Source: Phoronis australis (Eukaryota; Animalia; Phoronida). From it: a DNA stretch of 64,000 nt. The translations under genes were made by a program, and so were the position numbers. The notes beneath the pieces were generated by a model. The model saw only the letters and a list, made by a program, of their open reading frames with translations. It was not told the origin of the DNA and did no database searches. The stretch covers positions 1,322,442 to 1,386,441 of the forward strand of contig NMRA01000006.1 of assembly GCA_002633005.1 (NCBI GenBank), in the 5' to 3' direction. Of the stretch, positions 24,994-37,535 are shown one piece after another (the stretch's first letter is position 1; the number at the start of each line of letters is the position of its first letter).

Positions 24994-27256
24994 CTGCAAT
25001 GACAGATTACCGAGGTAAAACGACACATTTTGAAAAGAGCAAAACATGGGTGTTTGACCAATATTGATTCTTCTGAAGTGGATTTCTGGTACAAATCGGG
25101 CGCGTACGTGGTGATATCTTGCGTCTACTGAACGCAACCCATTGCAGTGTATTACACTTGTTTACAGCACTTTATTGTTTATTTATTTATGTTTTGGAAG
25201 GCAATTGCCAATTGCTCCTTTTCTTCATTTCTGAATCCCAAGGACGGTCACTTTTTAAAATTTAAAAAATGTCTGTCAGTCACGAAATTGCCCGCGAGCA
25301 ACAAGTGAAATTTCGATGCTTTTGTTTTTCATTGGTGTTCACGCCGTCCATTTACTAGATGTACGTAAGCCAGCACTAATGTGTACAAGTCTCCTACCGA
25401 TTAAAGCGTCGTATTTCGTGAAAATGCACGCCGTTCCGTCGATTCTAAGCCGGATGTTATGCCACATCACATTGCATGCGTAGTATTACCTTAGGCCAAA
25501 AGAACTGGTACCTCACCCTGGCATAGACCCATTAACTCACGCGGCGGACATTAAAATCCAAAGCGAGGCTCACTGCGATAAACAAAGCGGAAGTTGACAT
25601 TGCCCGATTTAAATGGCCGGTCTTTCGAGTCCAACCTGGATATTAAATCGTAAAAATGTGCCAATAATTAACTACAGAGACGTAGATAAATACATTACAG
25701 AACAAGTCAATGCACCAAAGAGTTGTCTGACGAAATGATACAATGTTTTTCGGATAATTAGGTTCAAATCATAAAAAGTAAATGTGACCAAATTGCGGCG
25801 ATAGTAGTGTTACGGATTAGGAATTATGGTGAATGCAAGGTTACGTTTCTTCTGGAAATTGTTGATAATGCTTTCTACACGAACCAGGTCATCTGCTCGT
25901 ATTGTTGACGAGTAGAAGATATATTCGACAGTGGTGGCTCATCACATTTTGCTGTGATGTGCAATTAGTCACATCTGGTTTAATTTGTTGATCAAGCATA
26001 GCCTATGTCCAGGTGAGGTAGGGACTACCGGGACTAATAGTTGATTTGTCATTGATCTGACAGAATAACTGATCTTATTAAATACATTTTTATTAAACTA
26101 AATAACCAGGCTGGTAATTGAAAATAAAAATTATATGAAAATCAATTCTGCTTTCTTGGTTTTAATAATTCTTACGTCTATTTGGTGTGTTAGGTTTCAA
26201 ATATCAATCTGGACCAAGTTGAATTTTAAAATTAAAACACCTAATTCGTTCGTCTACAGCATAATCTCGTTTTAGATCTCAATTTCAGTTAACTGGACAG
26301 AGCAAACATAGTTATCATGTTTCTTCAGGGGCATCGTTATCCGAGGGGAAAGGTGCCTATGTCTTCTGAGAGGGGTATTTTTTCGCCGAGTGAGGGGACA
26401 AATCTACCTCCCGGTCACCATCAATAGCACACCCGCCCTGTTGCAAGTTCTCATAGGCACTGTCTCAAGTAGCATTTTGTGATCTTTCAAATTGTCACCT
26501 GTGGGGTTACGTGAACTTCGAAGAGAAATTTTCAATCACTAGTAGAATTTTCAGGGGGGGGGGAGGAATTTCGCTTGATTTTTGAATATTTTGAGTGGGG
26601 TATAGGGACGATAATCGGACCCTAAATCGAGGAATTGAGAGCCCTGTTCGTTGTGGAATAAATGCATCATGTTTCAACCCGTAGTCATGAAAACACAGCC
26701 TGGCTGGCCGAAGATTCCCCGGTTGTTGCTTTGAGGCTCGGCAACCGAGATGCAACAAAGTATGATCTAACTTTTCAAAAACATTTATAAATTTTACACG
26801 GACATATTTTCCTTCGTGGCAACGACCCAACGCTTCCGAATCTCAACGTCCTTAGGGATTGTAAAACAGGCAGTTGAATGTCCGTGTTCTAGCCGTTCGT
26901 GCAACGCGGAATACAACTATGCGGATAAGCAAACGGAATTACCGTAGCGAGCTTCGTTTTGGAACGCGGCCTCCTATCGGCGTGAATTAGGTCTACTGTG
27001 GATTACGCAACACGTGCAATTTGTGAGGTCGTGTTTTTATAAACACATCTAAACTCTGATAGTTTACGTTTCATAAGTTCTATAGAGTAATATTTCGTGA
27101 CAACATAAGACGATCGAAGTAGGAAAACGTAAAATGGGAAAAATAGGAGACGATTGAAGCAACCACAAACAACCTCATCAGCGAGAAAACATGGCGCATG
27201 CCCACTTGAAAACATTTTTATGAAAGTTGTTGTAAGTACTATATCTGCATCTGTAT

Positions 27257-27945
27257 TAGCCAGCCAGCTAGCTGTATGAAGACTATAGTCAATATACAGC
27301 TAGGCACCACTGTGTGTTAATTTTCCATAGACTCCGAAATTGCACACAGTCGGGGTAGTTCTGCTCGTCACCTCGCCGTGAAACTTGTATCAACACGTAA
27401 GGCTCAGTGAAGACCGGACGGGATGCCTCCAAAATCTGTGAATCAACCGACAATCACCTTGTCCGTTACAGCCGTTTAAGTGAAAAGCAATCTAATAAAC
27501 GTCATTTTCTTGCGTAATGCTCCGCCTTTTCTAATAAAGACAAGTTATGTCGCCATTTCGAAAACAGTAAGCCCTTGACATGCGCACGCGCCATTTCCTA
27601 TTTTTTGCGACATCTCTCGGGAGATGATGATAGTCTGGCAGAAACAAAATTTCTTCTGAAATTCGGTTTGCTTGTATTAATATTCTAAAAACCTATAACG
27701 AAGTGAAACCAGATCCGATGATTTGTAGTAACGTGTACGCCAAACCTCGTGAAAGAGCAACAGTTGATTGAAGAATCGGCGAAAAAAGAAACTGGCCTAT
27801 TGAATAGGTGACGCAATATTTCATGGCGCCGAAAGCCATCGCTAAAGATCCCTCCACAACTTTAGCAGCAGAATAACGGTGGAAAGCCATTTTCCCAACA
27901 CCGATAAATAATTCAGTTTACTCAAGGAAGACTGTAGATTTTAAT
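27257..27945. repeat. Dispersed ~680-bp repeat, copy 1 (copy 2 at 39976-40628; head also at ~9-45)
   Basis: Both copies start tagccagccagctagctgtatgaagact and stay collinear (gaaattgcacacag, gtcacctcgccgtg, aatctaataaacgtcattttcttgcgtaat, ctgaaattcggtttg, gtttactcaa). Confidence 0.8.
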
Positions 27946-28375
27946 GACACTAATTTAATGTCAGATTTTATCTGGCCAGTTTTTACCACGTCGGTGCAAA
28001 GCTGTATATTTAGTATACAGCTTTGCGCCAAGGCTACATCTGTATATACATATAAATATGTACTCAAACACACACGCACACAAACGAACGCACGCATGTA
28101 TGGGTCAGGGCTGTCAGACTTCCTTCCGCACGGTCCGCACGAGCAGTTGGTAAGGCCACCCTGGTTCTTAAGTCACTGACTCACGGACTGGAGAAATCTA
28201 ATGGATACAACAAAAGTAACACAATTCCATCTTTAACCCAGACTGGAACTGTGACTTCATTTCAGAATTTGTTGCCTAACTCGGAGAAACACGTCAATTC
28301 TACATGTACCTAGCGGATCTACGTTGTTAGGAACTTCTATAGCGATTTATTGGCTCTGGTTTTGCCAACACTTGA

Positions 28376-28700
28376 GGGGTCTGTTTCATGAAACTAACTT
28401 AAGACTTAAGACAGAAATTGAGAGGCATGGTAGCCTGATAAGGTAACCATCCAGTTCCTTTACATCAGCAACACTGACTGCATAACATTGGATAGTTCTT
28501 TGACAAGTCAACCGTAAATAGACCGCCAACTTATCTAACCGCGTTACAAATATAAGTTCACTAAGTTATTTGGTGATTATTATGTAACTTCATACTCAAA
28601 TTACTCAAAAAATGTGCAACTTTATGTGTGGAAACTTTTTAGGTTTTTAAAACACTAGTAAATGAGTCCCTATTTGGAACTGTTTCATGCGACCGGGCAC
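28376..28700. mobile_element. Harbinger-type MITE
   Basis: Ends ggggtctgtttcatgaaac / gtttcatgcgaccgggcac with 3-bp TGA flanks; the right end is the reverse complement of the terminus at 55536. Confidence 0.6.
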
Positions 28701-29127
28701 TGAGTCCTGTTTATAGTTCCTGGGCTCAGTTTTAACTATATGTTGACGATCTGTGCAATTGGCCCACCTGAGCGTCTGGTACAACGTGTGTCAGACCTCC
28801 TGCAATTATTTTCTTATAAGAGAAGCTTAGTCTTACGCTCCACACAACTATTTCAGAAAATAAAAATAAATCGCACAACAGCAGAAATGCAGCGTGTGAG
28901 AATATACACAAAACTGCTAGTTATTCAGACAATTTCTATACGTTATTTCTAAGCAGTGATTCCTTGTTTTGATTTAGTCAAACCCTTTTTCAGCAATTGT
29001 GAAGTGGGAACGTGACAAATTTCTGTCTAAGTTTTTGATCACTTTCCATGAAACAGAGTCCAGCAAAACGCTTTTAGGGACGGGTGTTATGTCCCGCCGC
29101 AGTAAGCTGAAGTGTGTTCGCACATAC

Positions 29128-29198
29128 ATTTACGTTGGTTTTGACGAAATACGAGTGCGGATCCTCAAGCTCTTCAGGCGTCACATTTCGAAACTGAA
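29128..29198 (-). CDS. DEPTOR: DEPTOR-like gene, exon 7
   Basis: Acceptor tttttgtag (phase 1), donor GTATGT; (V)QFRNVTPEELEDPHSYFVKTNVN parallels DEPTOR KRPVTSEELLTPGAPYARKTFT. Confidence 0.8.
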
Positions 29199-29990
29199 CT
29201 ACAAAAACAATTAAATAGTAACAGTGGTAGACGTAAATATAGTACGTTTTTATTTCATATTCACTACTTGCACACTTAGGTGGCCCTGCAAAAATGATTG
29301 TTGTGTATTTTTGTTCAGGACACAATGTTTCGTGGTAGAATCGTGAAAGCGCTTGTGTTCCAAACATGCGGAACCATTGTAATTTGGATACAACTCCTTC
29401 TTTTCAGGTATGATGGCGAATTTGTGCAAGTATTGAGGGCATAAAATTTACTAATACTTAAGAACGCTCTATATGGCAGCTAATTTAATAGAAAATAGAT
29501 GCAATGACATGGATCCACTTCGCATAGGAACATTCATGAAATACTAAAATTCTAACTTTGATTCTCGATGTAAATGACCTTGATTTACATGCCTCATCCA
29601 TATTAAACTATTCAAGGTGACGTTCTCGGCAGTAAATTGCGTTACAGAAAACAAATTTAAAACTATTGAACAAACAAATGATTGGTAATGAACGAATGTG
29701 GCTTTATTTTTAGGAATTATAAAGTTTATCGGATGTAGGCCAAACAGTACAACTGATTTTAGAAAAAAATTACCTCACACTAACTGGCTACTTAAGTGAA
29801 AATGCAACACAGCACATAAGTTACGAACAGTTTGTACATGTATATCGAAACGTAGAGTGAAATAAATTTGACCCGACAATCTGGCGTTTAGAAACCGAGA
29901 TACCCGACTGTGCTAGTTATAAAACATATCGCAAAGACCAAGTCAAATGCAACAACACGTAACGTCCATGAGTCTTATAAACGAAATTAC

Positions 29991-30104
29991 CTGATTTTAT
30001 TTTCTGCCCCTGCATTGCATGCTCGCTTTTTGAATGTGTTCTAGCCGACGGTCCATTTGGTTGACTTGATTTGTGTTCGCAGAGGGGACACGCGTGACCC
30101 ATAC
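29991..30104 (-). CDS. DEPTOR: DEPTOR-like gene, exon 6 (linker; least certain exon)
   Basis: Acceptor tctattacag and donor G|GTAATT give an open phase 1-1 exon GMGHACPLCEHKSSQPNGPSARTHSKSEHAMQGQKIKS. No recognisable homology, and skipping it keeps the frame. Confidence 0.55.
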
Positions 30105-30312
30105 CTGTAATAGACAGATATGTCGAAATCAAATAATACAATGTTTCTACAAGTCTGGGAGATATGCTTGAGAATTTGCTTTGTTCCAGCCGGGGTGAAT
30201 GGTATCAAAATCTACCAAAAAGTCGAAAAACAACACGGAAATGACTTTTCAAATCTTTTCTCAATAACAAGGAACAAGTTATGATAGTACTCAGGTGTTC
30301 TTTATGGCTCAC

Positions 30313-30477
30313 CTGGATTTATACTTTGCTCTGCACCTGCTTGGCAGTTGTCAAAATAGTTTCGAGTGCGCGAACGCACGTGCTTTTTCAAATCCGAGAG
30401 AGACCTTGTTTTCGTTAGTCGAAGCGGAAAGATATAGTACGCGCTGTCATCGTCTTCAAATTGCACGAGTTCTGAAC
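30313..30477 (-). CDS. DEPTOR: DEPTOR-like gene, exon 5: end of DEP2 and start of linker
   Basis: Acceptor gttacag (phase 1), donor G|GTGAGC; GSELVQFEDDDSAYYIF matches the DEP C-terminal F.D....Y.F motif. Confidence 0.8.
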
Positions 30478-31411
30478 CTGTAACGTTCAAAATAACCCCA
30501 GGTGAAGGGCCACTCAGCGTAAGCACATAGACGAATAGAAAAAGCTTTTGTCAGCAAATGGTTCATATACCTCGTTACCAGGAATGGGATCACTGCTACA
30601 GAAAATGATTTTGATGAGCTGGTTCACCAAACTAATGCTACTGTTTTATTTTCGTTCTTCTTATAAGCTTTCAACCCTATCATTCCATCGCATTTTAGCT
30701 CAAAATCAGTAATCTAGTGAGCTCGTTTTAGGTACCGGTAGACTCAGAAGCAACTGAAAGTTTAAGACTACAGTACAATTTTATCGAAACTTGTAAAGAG
30801 GAAATATTGAAATTGATTCTTTATTAAGAAATTACAAAAAATGCGAAACGTTATACTTTGACCATGCGACATAGACTAGGCGTAGAGATAGCAGGTGATT
30901 AGGCCATTGTTTTTGTTGTAGTACATTATTTTACCCGCACTGGTAGAATATAGTCTACCGCTGGTTCCAAAATATCGTAGTACAAAGTCAGATGTGTGAG
31001 TGACAGATGTAACAAGTATATGTCATAAGGAATGATAACTCTGCATTCGCTGACACCTTTCTTAGAAACGACCATGTTACATAATAGAATTGTGTTTGTA
31101 AGCTGTATAGTGTCTATTATTACTTATAGATGTCTTTTCAGTACATGTAGGTGTGTGACCTTGACCAGTAATAAATGATGGAACTGCACGTTCTAGGATC
31201 GACGTGCTTTAATTAAATTATCCGTTAGCATACAACAGACCCGTTGCTCTGAGGTAATGTGCTAACAGGATCTTTCATTCATTTATTTCTTTTTCTCCTC
31301 CCACCGTTTCATTTTGCCAGTCCACGTCCCTTTTTCGCTCCCCACTGCCCCTTCTCATACACACTGTTTCTGACCTCTAGGCGGGTCCGTTCAGTTCTTT
31401 TGTTACGTTAC

Positions 31412-31593
31412 CTGACTGAATGACGCGGAAGTTTACCAATTCTTGACATTCTTTGACGACATAAGTCCGCGACAGCTCTCGTGCCTTGCCTTCGACCTTG
31501 AGTATCCAATCGACGATATCCTTGCCAGTGATACAATAATCCCAGTCTACGCCACCTATGCTTCGTTTGGTGAGACGACCCTCTTTGCCTAAC
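31412..31593 (-). CDS. DEPTOR: DEPTOR-like gene, exon 4: second DEP domain
   Basis: Acceptor tttttcttgagtag (phase 2), donor G|GTAACG; CITGKDIVDWIL...SRTYVVKECQELVNFRVIQ is a DEP signature. Confidence 0.85.
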
Positions 31594-31827
31594 CTACTCA
31601 AGAAAAATCGTGGGGTCACCATGCTTGTCTTAACAATCATAGGCTACACGTGACCTCTTCCACACGAGTACGTTTTTCTGCCAAAATTGGAAACTTCAAA
31701 AAGTTTTCCGTTTAGGTCGCACCTAGGAACCAATATCATATTGGTTACTATGTCACACGCAGCATTTTTTCAGTAATCCACACGAAAAACGCAAATACGA
31801 CGTACGACCAAAAACTCTGCTTCTGCA

Positions 31828-33653
31828 GTGCCGGGTTGCATGAAAAAAGTCTCTAGGGACTTAACCAAGTTCCCAAACTAGTTAGGGAAGTCCCTATAAC
31901 GATTTTGTCAAGTTTTACAGGCCTACTGCTGTTGAGAGAGCAGACGATCGATTTTGGCCGCCCATGCTAATGTGAAAAAAAAAACAGCAAGTCGTGACAA
32001 ACTGGTGAGAATACCAGAATCTCCGGCAGGAGACGCTGTAGGCCTACTTCCCAACGCGCTGTTAAAGTGGTCTGCTCGGGGAATTGAGTGAGACGTGGGT
32101 TAAGGCGTGGCACTAAAAGAATCGATAAACTCAGTTTACGATGAAACTACTACTTCAGTGGGTGAGATCACACCTTTCCTGTTCGGCAACTCCAGTTTCT
32201 CTTCAAGTTCTCTGACTATCATGAATATCCCATCTCTTAAAAATCTAAATCTTTCGTTTAGCTCACTGTCGCTTAAAGGCGAAGGCAACCTTTTTTCATG
32301 TCATTTTTAGCAAAAAAAGGTTCGTTGATTATCCCACACATATTTTTCACCTATTTACTGCTTTTCGTAATTTAATTAATTACTCGTCGTCTACTCCGGA
32401 AGTGACGTTTTGGGAGGCAAGAATTTCGCGCCAATTTCTTTTCATATAGTCTGACTGTGAGAGCAGTCGAGTCAGTCATTTTTCTACTTCGGTTGTGATA
32501 AGTTCGGTCGTCGTTTGCTTTTGCTTACGAGTCAGTCAACATGCCACGCTGTTGCTGCGTACTGGGGTGTACTCATTATTGTCTCACGTACAGAGGAAGA
32601 ACAATCCCACTTGCCCGAGTGTCCCACGACACACTCCCACTGGAGGGGGATCTGAGCACCCAAACTGCTTATTTCCCGCCGTGTGACTCCCGCGCCACAC
32701 ACCTGGCACCTTCCAAATAGCTCCAATACAAGTCCACAATAAACTTATCAAACTTAGGCTCACCGATCTGTTCATTGGATGACGAACTGTCCTCTTCAAT
32801 GGGTGTCGAACTGGACTTGTATTCACTCCCACTACTCAACATCGCTGCAGGGCTCCTTACAGGCTCTTGGCTAGAGACAACAGCACAGGGCGAATCACTA
32901 CTAGTTCCCGCAATGGGGTACGTTCGGAGGCACAAGTAACAGTAGATGAAGTGCCTCCAGTCACTGTATATAGTGGCCACAGCTCGCGAGGCTTCTCGCT
33001 TCAAAAACGCACTTCTCGGGGTTGGCGACGGGGCACTGCCGGGAATCAACAGCGACGGTATGGTACCCTTCTCCAGGCGTTGTTTCGCAGGGACCTTCAT
33101 CAATTCCGCGTACATATCTGTCATAATCTGACGGCAGAAAATGCTTGCCACACACACGGTAACCCTCCATTGCTTTGTACGTTGCGTGGACGGGTAGCGC
33201 TGCGTTCTTCACATGAACGAGCTAACCAAGTACGCGAAGTGTGTCATCCTTCGGAAAGCGACGCAAGGCACCCAAAGTGCGTGTGAGACGATAATGAGTA
33301 CATCCCGGCACGAAGCAACAGCGTGGCATGTTGACTGACTTGTAAACAAAAGCAAACGAAGACCGAACTTATCACAACCGAGGTAGAACAATGACTGACT
33401 ACAGCTCTCACAGTCAGACTATAATGAAATGAAATTGGCGCGAAACTCTTGCCTCCCAAAACGTCACTTCCGGAGTAGAGGACGAGAAATAAATCAAATT
33501 ACGAAAAGCTGTAATTAAGTGGAAAATGTGTCTGGGATAATCAACGAACCTTATTTTTACTAAAAGTGACATGAAAAATGGTTGCTTGTGCCTTTAACGT
33601 CTTGAGCGGGTTAGTTGTTTCTAATGAAAGTGCGTTTGTGAAGACAGGACCTA
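31828..33653. mobile_element. Harbinger-family non-autonomous element hosting a Kolobok insertion
   Basis: Starts gtgccgggttgcatgaaa...aaccaagttcccaaactagtta.ggaagtccctat, as at 55536; ends ~gtttgtgaagacaggacc after the nested element. Confidence 0.5.
32277..33593 (-). mobile_element. Kolobok-type non-autonomous transposon with a THAP remnant and ~310-bp TIRs (copy 2)
   Basis: TTAA on both sides (32273-76, 33594-97), AGG...CCT termini. THAP remnant (..RVCGKHFLPSDY..RLEKGTIPSL) and a KFIV...LELFGRCQVCG...C..GH...W motif recalled from THAP-Kolobok transposases. Confidence 0.85.
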
Positions 33654-33689
33654 TATCTCACAGGTGTTGAATTATGACAAGAAGTTACT

Positions 33690-34322
33690 GCATCAGCGGA
33701 TTTAGGGGGGAGGCAGGGGGCAGCCCCTGGCTGCCGCAAAAAAATAAAACAGCAAGAGCATAGCAAAATGTTGAATTTATGAAGTAACTCCGGTAATTAA
33801 CATTATACTGCAGAAACAAGATTTAAATGTGTGCAGTTTTAGCGTGTTTGGGGGGCGGCTCAATCCTAACGACACGATATCCCAGGCGACCGGCAGTGGC
33901 GCTGCGCATTACGACTCCGTTTCCGTCGTCTGCTTCACTGTGCAATGAAGAAAATTACTTCATTTTTTAAAGAAAATGAAATCTGATTGACGATGAAAAA
34001 ACAGAAGCTGCTGGTAAGATGTGAATTTTAATAGAAGCCTTAGTGAATCACTCAGAAACTCATAATTCTCTCTTTGTCAATCTTAACTAAAGACGATTTC
34101 CAAAGCAATCGCGTCATTAATGCCAACACAAAAAAGGATTTGGTGTTTTGGGCAATTGAAGATTAGTTTGAATACAACAAAATTGTTGTGAACTGATTGC
34201 ACAAAATATAAAAAGTGTAATAAGCATTACAAAAAGAAGTAGGTTACGCACGCAAACGCTGTGGACCATAAACAAGTAGGTCTCTTATTATTAAATTATG
34301 AGTGAAATCGTGGTGGTGCAGT
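33690..34322. repeat. Dispersed ~630-bp repeat, copy 1 (copy 2 split across 44757-44827 and 45835-46430)
   Basis: Shared collinear blocks ggctgccgcaaaaaa, aaacaagatttaaatgtgtgca, gaccggcagtggcgctgc, ctggtaagatgtgaattttaatagaagccttagtgaatcactcagaaactcataat. Confidence 0.8.
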
Positions 34323-34859
34323 CGGCTAAATCACAATCAAGGTCCATATTCGAGAGTTGACAGTGTTACGGTCTAAAATAAATTTTTTTGGTCACTTACC
34401 AAATGCCAACTGAATCTCATATGCAAAGAGTTATTTGGTTGTGCAAATAAAAAAGAATCATCAAAATCAGACAATGTTTGAGAAATTTATGCATGTTTTT
34501 GTCTATGAATTTCATGCATTTTAGCGTTACAAGTGGCCATTTTAAAAATAACAATTTCAACTGTCACCAGTAGATAAGAAATTTATTTTACATGTATCAA
34601 GCAAACAATTGTTTAGATATGACTGGGAATAACTTGAGTCACTTTCAGAGTCAATTAGATGAAGTTGTGCTGAATCATTGAGAAATGGTAGGGTTCATCA
34701 TAAAACAGGCACTTGTTACAAAATTTGTAAATTCTGTGTTTCTAACCCTCACCTACTGTAAACAAGGTTAAAAACTAAAGTTCACACTCTGTAACAAAAA
34801 GAAATGCAAAATATGTAAGCCTAGGCAACACAGCAAATTATTCAATACATGTATCTAAA

Positions 34860-35925
34860 CAAACCAAAAGTTTGTAGTGTACGTACCCCCATGTTTTCAA
34901 ATGCCATTAAATTAAAGTATCACTTGGTAAGTGAGCAACATTGGTCATAGACAGTTTCCTTCCTGAAAAATGTTAGAGTAAAAGAGTGTTTATTGCCAAT
35001 ACATTTGTTTTGAGTGAAACATTAGCATTTGTGTAGTGTACGTACCCCCATATTTTAATTTGTGCCTATTTTCAAAGTATGGCAGATATCCACATGAATG
35101 CTGTGCTTTTTGTTTTTTCTCTTTGAATTGATTTAGTAAATCAACTAACTCTCAGTAGGTTCTTAGTATTTAGGTACAAACCTGACATGTCATTGAAATG
35201 TAGTGTACGTACCCCTGTGTAGTGTACGTACCCCCAGTGTGAATAAATACCACGAAACAAAAATATTACACGGTAAGTAAGCAACACTTGTTGAGACAGT
35301 TTCCTCAATTAAAAATGCTAGGTTAATAGGGTGTTAATTACAAATACATTTGTTTTGAGTGAAATATTAGCATTTGTGTAGTGTACGTACCCCTATATTT
35401 TAACATGTGCCTGTTTTCAAAGAATGACAGACAGATATGCACATGACTGCATGCTGTACTTTTTATTTGTTCTCTTTTAATATTGGTAAATGAACTAACT
35501 CTCAGTAGATTTTAATTATTTTTTATAAACCTGAAAAGTCATTGAAATGTAGTGTATGTATCCCTGTGTAGTGTACGTACCTTCAACCTCTGTGCTATAA
35601 AGTATTACCCACAAGGATTTTACATACTGGTGTTCTCATGAACAATACTGATATTTCAATACAGTCTGACAAAAAATAATAATGGACATTATGAAATTTG
35701 TGGACAATAAAATGCCACACAGGACTTGGCTAGTACTGAAAATCCTAGAAGACACGTCATGTGACAACTGATGTTGCAGAGGCAGGTTCTCTATCTCTCA
35801 AGACAATTTCAACTTGCAACAAACCAACAAGTAGAAGCAGCACAAAACTAGAGACCACCCCATACATTTGTACCTTAGTCAAAATTTGACGTTGATTGAC
35901 TGTGCGTAGTGTACGTACCCCCCAA
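34860..35925. repeat. Internally repetitive AT-rich region: ~350-bp tandem duplication and 8 copies of gtagtgtacgtaccc
   Basis: Motif near 34874, 35033, 35200, 35219, 35378, 35549 (variant), 35568, 35906; ~34925-35260 is duplicated at ~35270-35590. Confidence 0.75.
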
Positions 35926-36419
35926 CCAGTACCATTTTTACTGTTTACAAGTTGAACACTGGTCCTAGCATTGCTTTAACTATTTTAAACAACTGGTGAA
36001 TTTATTGAAAACTAGGCAAATAGTACCAATACATTTTTTGAAAAAAGTAGTTACTTGTCATTTACTTTTTGTAATAATCATATTGCAAGAGAAGAAGTTC
36101 TCATTATACTGTGTTAAGATATGCAATGTAATGGTCATCTAGAACAACTTGATCAGCACGGCAACAACTTTCCTTACTTAAGTATGTGATAATTCTTCAA
36201 TTTAATCAAAAACTTGTTAAATTAACAAATACCTTATGAATTTTTGCATGATAGAAGTGGGCTGTGACCACAAGTTGTATTTTTATGTAATAAATCATAA
36301 TGTATATGGAATTTGAATCTCGACACCAGATTGGAGGAAGAAATGAGAACACAACTTTTAGGGTGATATACCCCTACTGTTCTGAAAGCTTGAAACCGAA
36401 CCGAATGGCATATTCTTAC

Positions 36420-36540
36420 CTTTCGAACAGTTGTCGTCCCCTGTAAAACAGTCTGGCTTCGTTGTATTTTGGAAAAGTGCCATCGTCTCTTCGAAATCGG
36501 TAGAACAATGCTTCGTCCTTGAACGCATGATCATTGCAAA
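36420..36540 (-). CDS. DEPTOR: DEPTOR-like gene, exon 3
   Basis: Acceptor ttttatttcacag, donor AG|GTAAGA; (V)CNDHAFKDEALFYRFRRDDGTFP...RGRQLFER vs DEPTOR VCDEHKEFKDVKLFYRFRKDDGTFP...RGQRLYEK. Confidence 0.93.
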
Positions 36541-36804
36541 CTGTGAAATAAAAATGAAAATATCTGAAAGTTTTAACAACTAGCAGTACACTCAACACTC
36601 TTATTTCTAAACCAAGTCACTTTAAGAAACCGCGGTACCACTGAAAACCCATTTTGAATCAAAAAGGAATTAAAACAAATTTGCACTTTTTGAATGAAGG
36701 CCTAGCGCAAATTTCCTTTACAATATCGGGATTAGTGACGTTATAAATACTATGAGTACGTCGACCAAATGTTATTTCAGTCACGTGACTGCCACCATAG
36801 TTAC

Positions 36805-36989
36805 CATGGTGAAGGACGTTGTGTTCTTGGAGGACTCTCATTAGGCACACTGCTGTCTTGCGGTCGTCAACTTCCCTCTGTTCCAACAACCAATCTACCG
36901 CTTCGTTGCCAACAAAGCATGTCGTGTACGTCCGAAAATGATAGCGACGATCTTTGATCAGCTCTCTGACAGATTGGTGCATTCGTAAC
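36805..36989 (-). CDS. DEPTOR: DEPTOR-like gene, exon 2: first DEP domain
   Basis: Acceptor atatttag (phase 2), donor G|GTAACT; LRMHQSVRELIKDRRYHFRTYTTCFVGNEAVDWLLEQREVDDRKTAVCLMRVLQEHNVLHH vs DEPTOR LRLHEEKVIKDRRHHLKTYPNCFVAKELIDWL. Confidence 0.93.
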
Positions 36990-37443
36990 CTAAATATGCG
37001 AACTGCTCGTGAATGCATTTGGCTGCGAGCGCGAAGGTTCGGGTTAGAATACGCGCTAGGGCTGCTTTCAAAAGAAAATCGCCTTTCTTGACAAAAATGT
37101 CAATTTATTAGAGATTCACTTTCTACAGTAGTTGAAGGAGAAACCCCTTATCAGATGATATTTTATTATGTCCTCCACAGAAATATCCATTTAGTTCATT
37201 TAATTGTTCCTTAGACACTTACTCATTCCTAAATAAATTGAATTGTAAAAGTGGGACATTGGCTCAGATGTGGCGATTTCTCAAAAACCTGACGGAACAA
37301 AGTTGCATTCCGTTTTCTCTCGTAATGTGATAAGAAAAGCTCAATAATATCAGTTACCTATTAGCGAGTGTGAAATATTTTCCCTAGATTTTGACCAGAG
37401 AATGCGCATATACGACTAACTGAAAAATCTTGCTTTGGTTTAC

Positions 37444-37535
37444 CTTAACTGCTCTCCCGTTATAATGACTTCTGTCGTCTCTTCGAATGCATCACTTTCC
37501 TTCGGGCCATGTCTTTCCTCGTTATCAACAGGCAT
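37444..37535 (-). CDS. DEPTOR: DEPTOR-like gene, first coding exon
   Basis: MPVDNEERHGPKESDAFEETTEVIITGEQL(R) with donor AG|GTAAAC; matches DEPTOR AEVLVTGEQLR. Not in the supplied ORF track. Confidence 0.88.

Noticed and set aside
34860-35925. CRISPR-like array of short repeats
   Set aside because: Spacing is irregular, the spacers are duplicates of each other, the context is eukaryotic and there are no cas genes.
36990-37064. N-terminal extension of DEPTOR exon 2 (ORF start MHSRAVRIF or an upstream acceptor)
   Set aside because: The exon at 37535-37444 spliced to 36989 gives TGEQLR|LRMH, matching vertebrate DEPTOR, so the upstream open stretch is most likely intronic.
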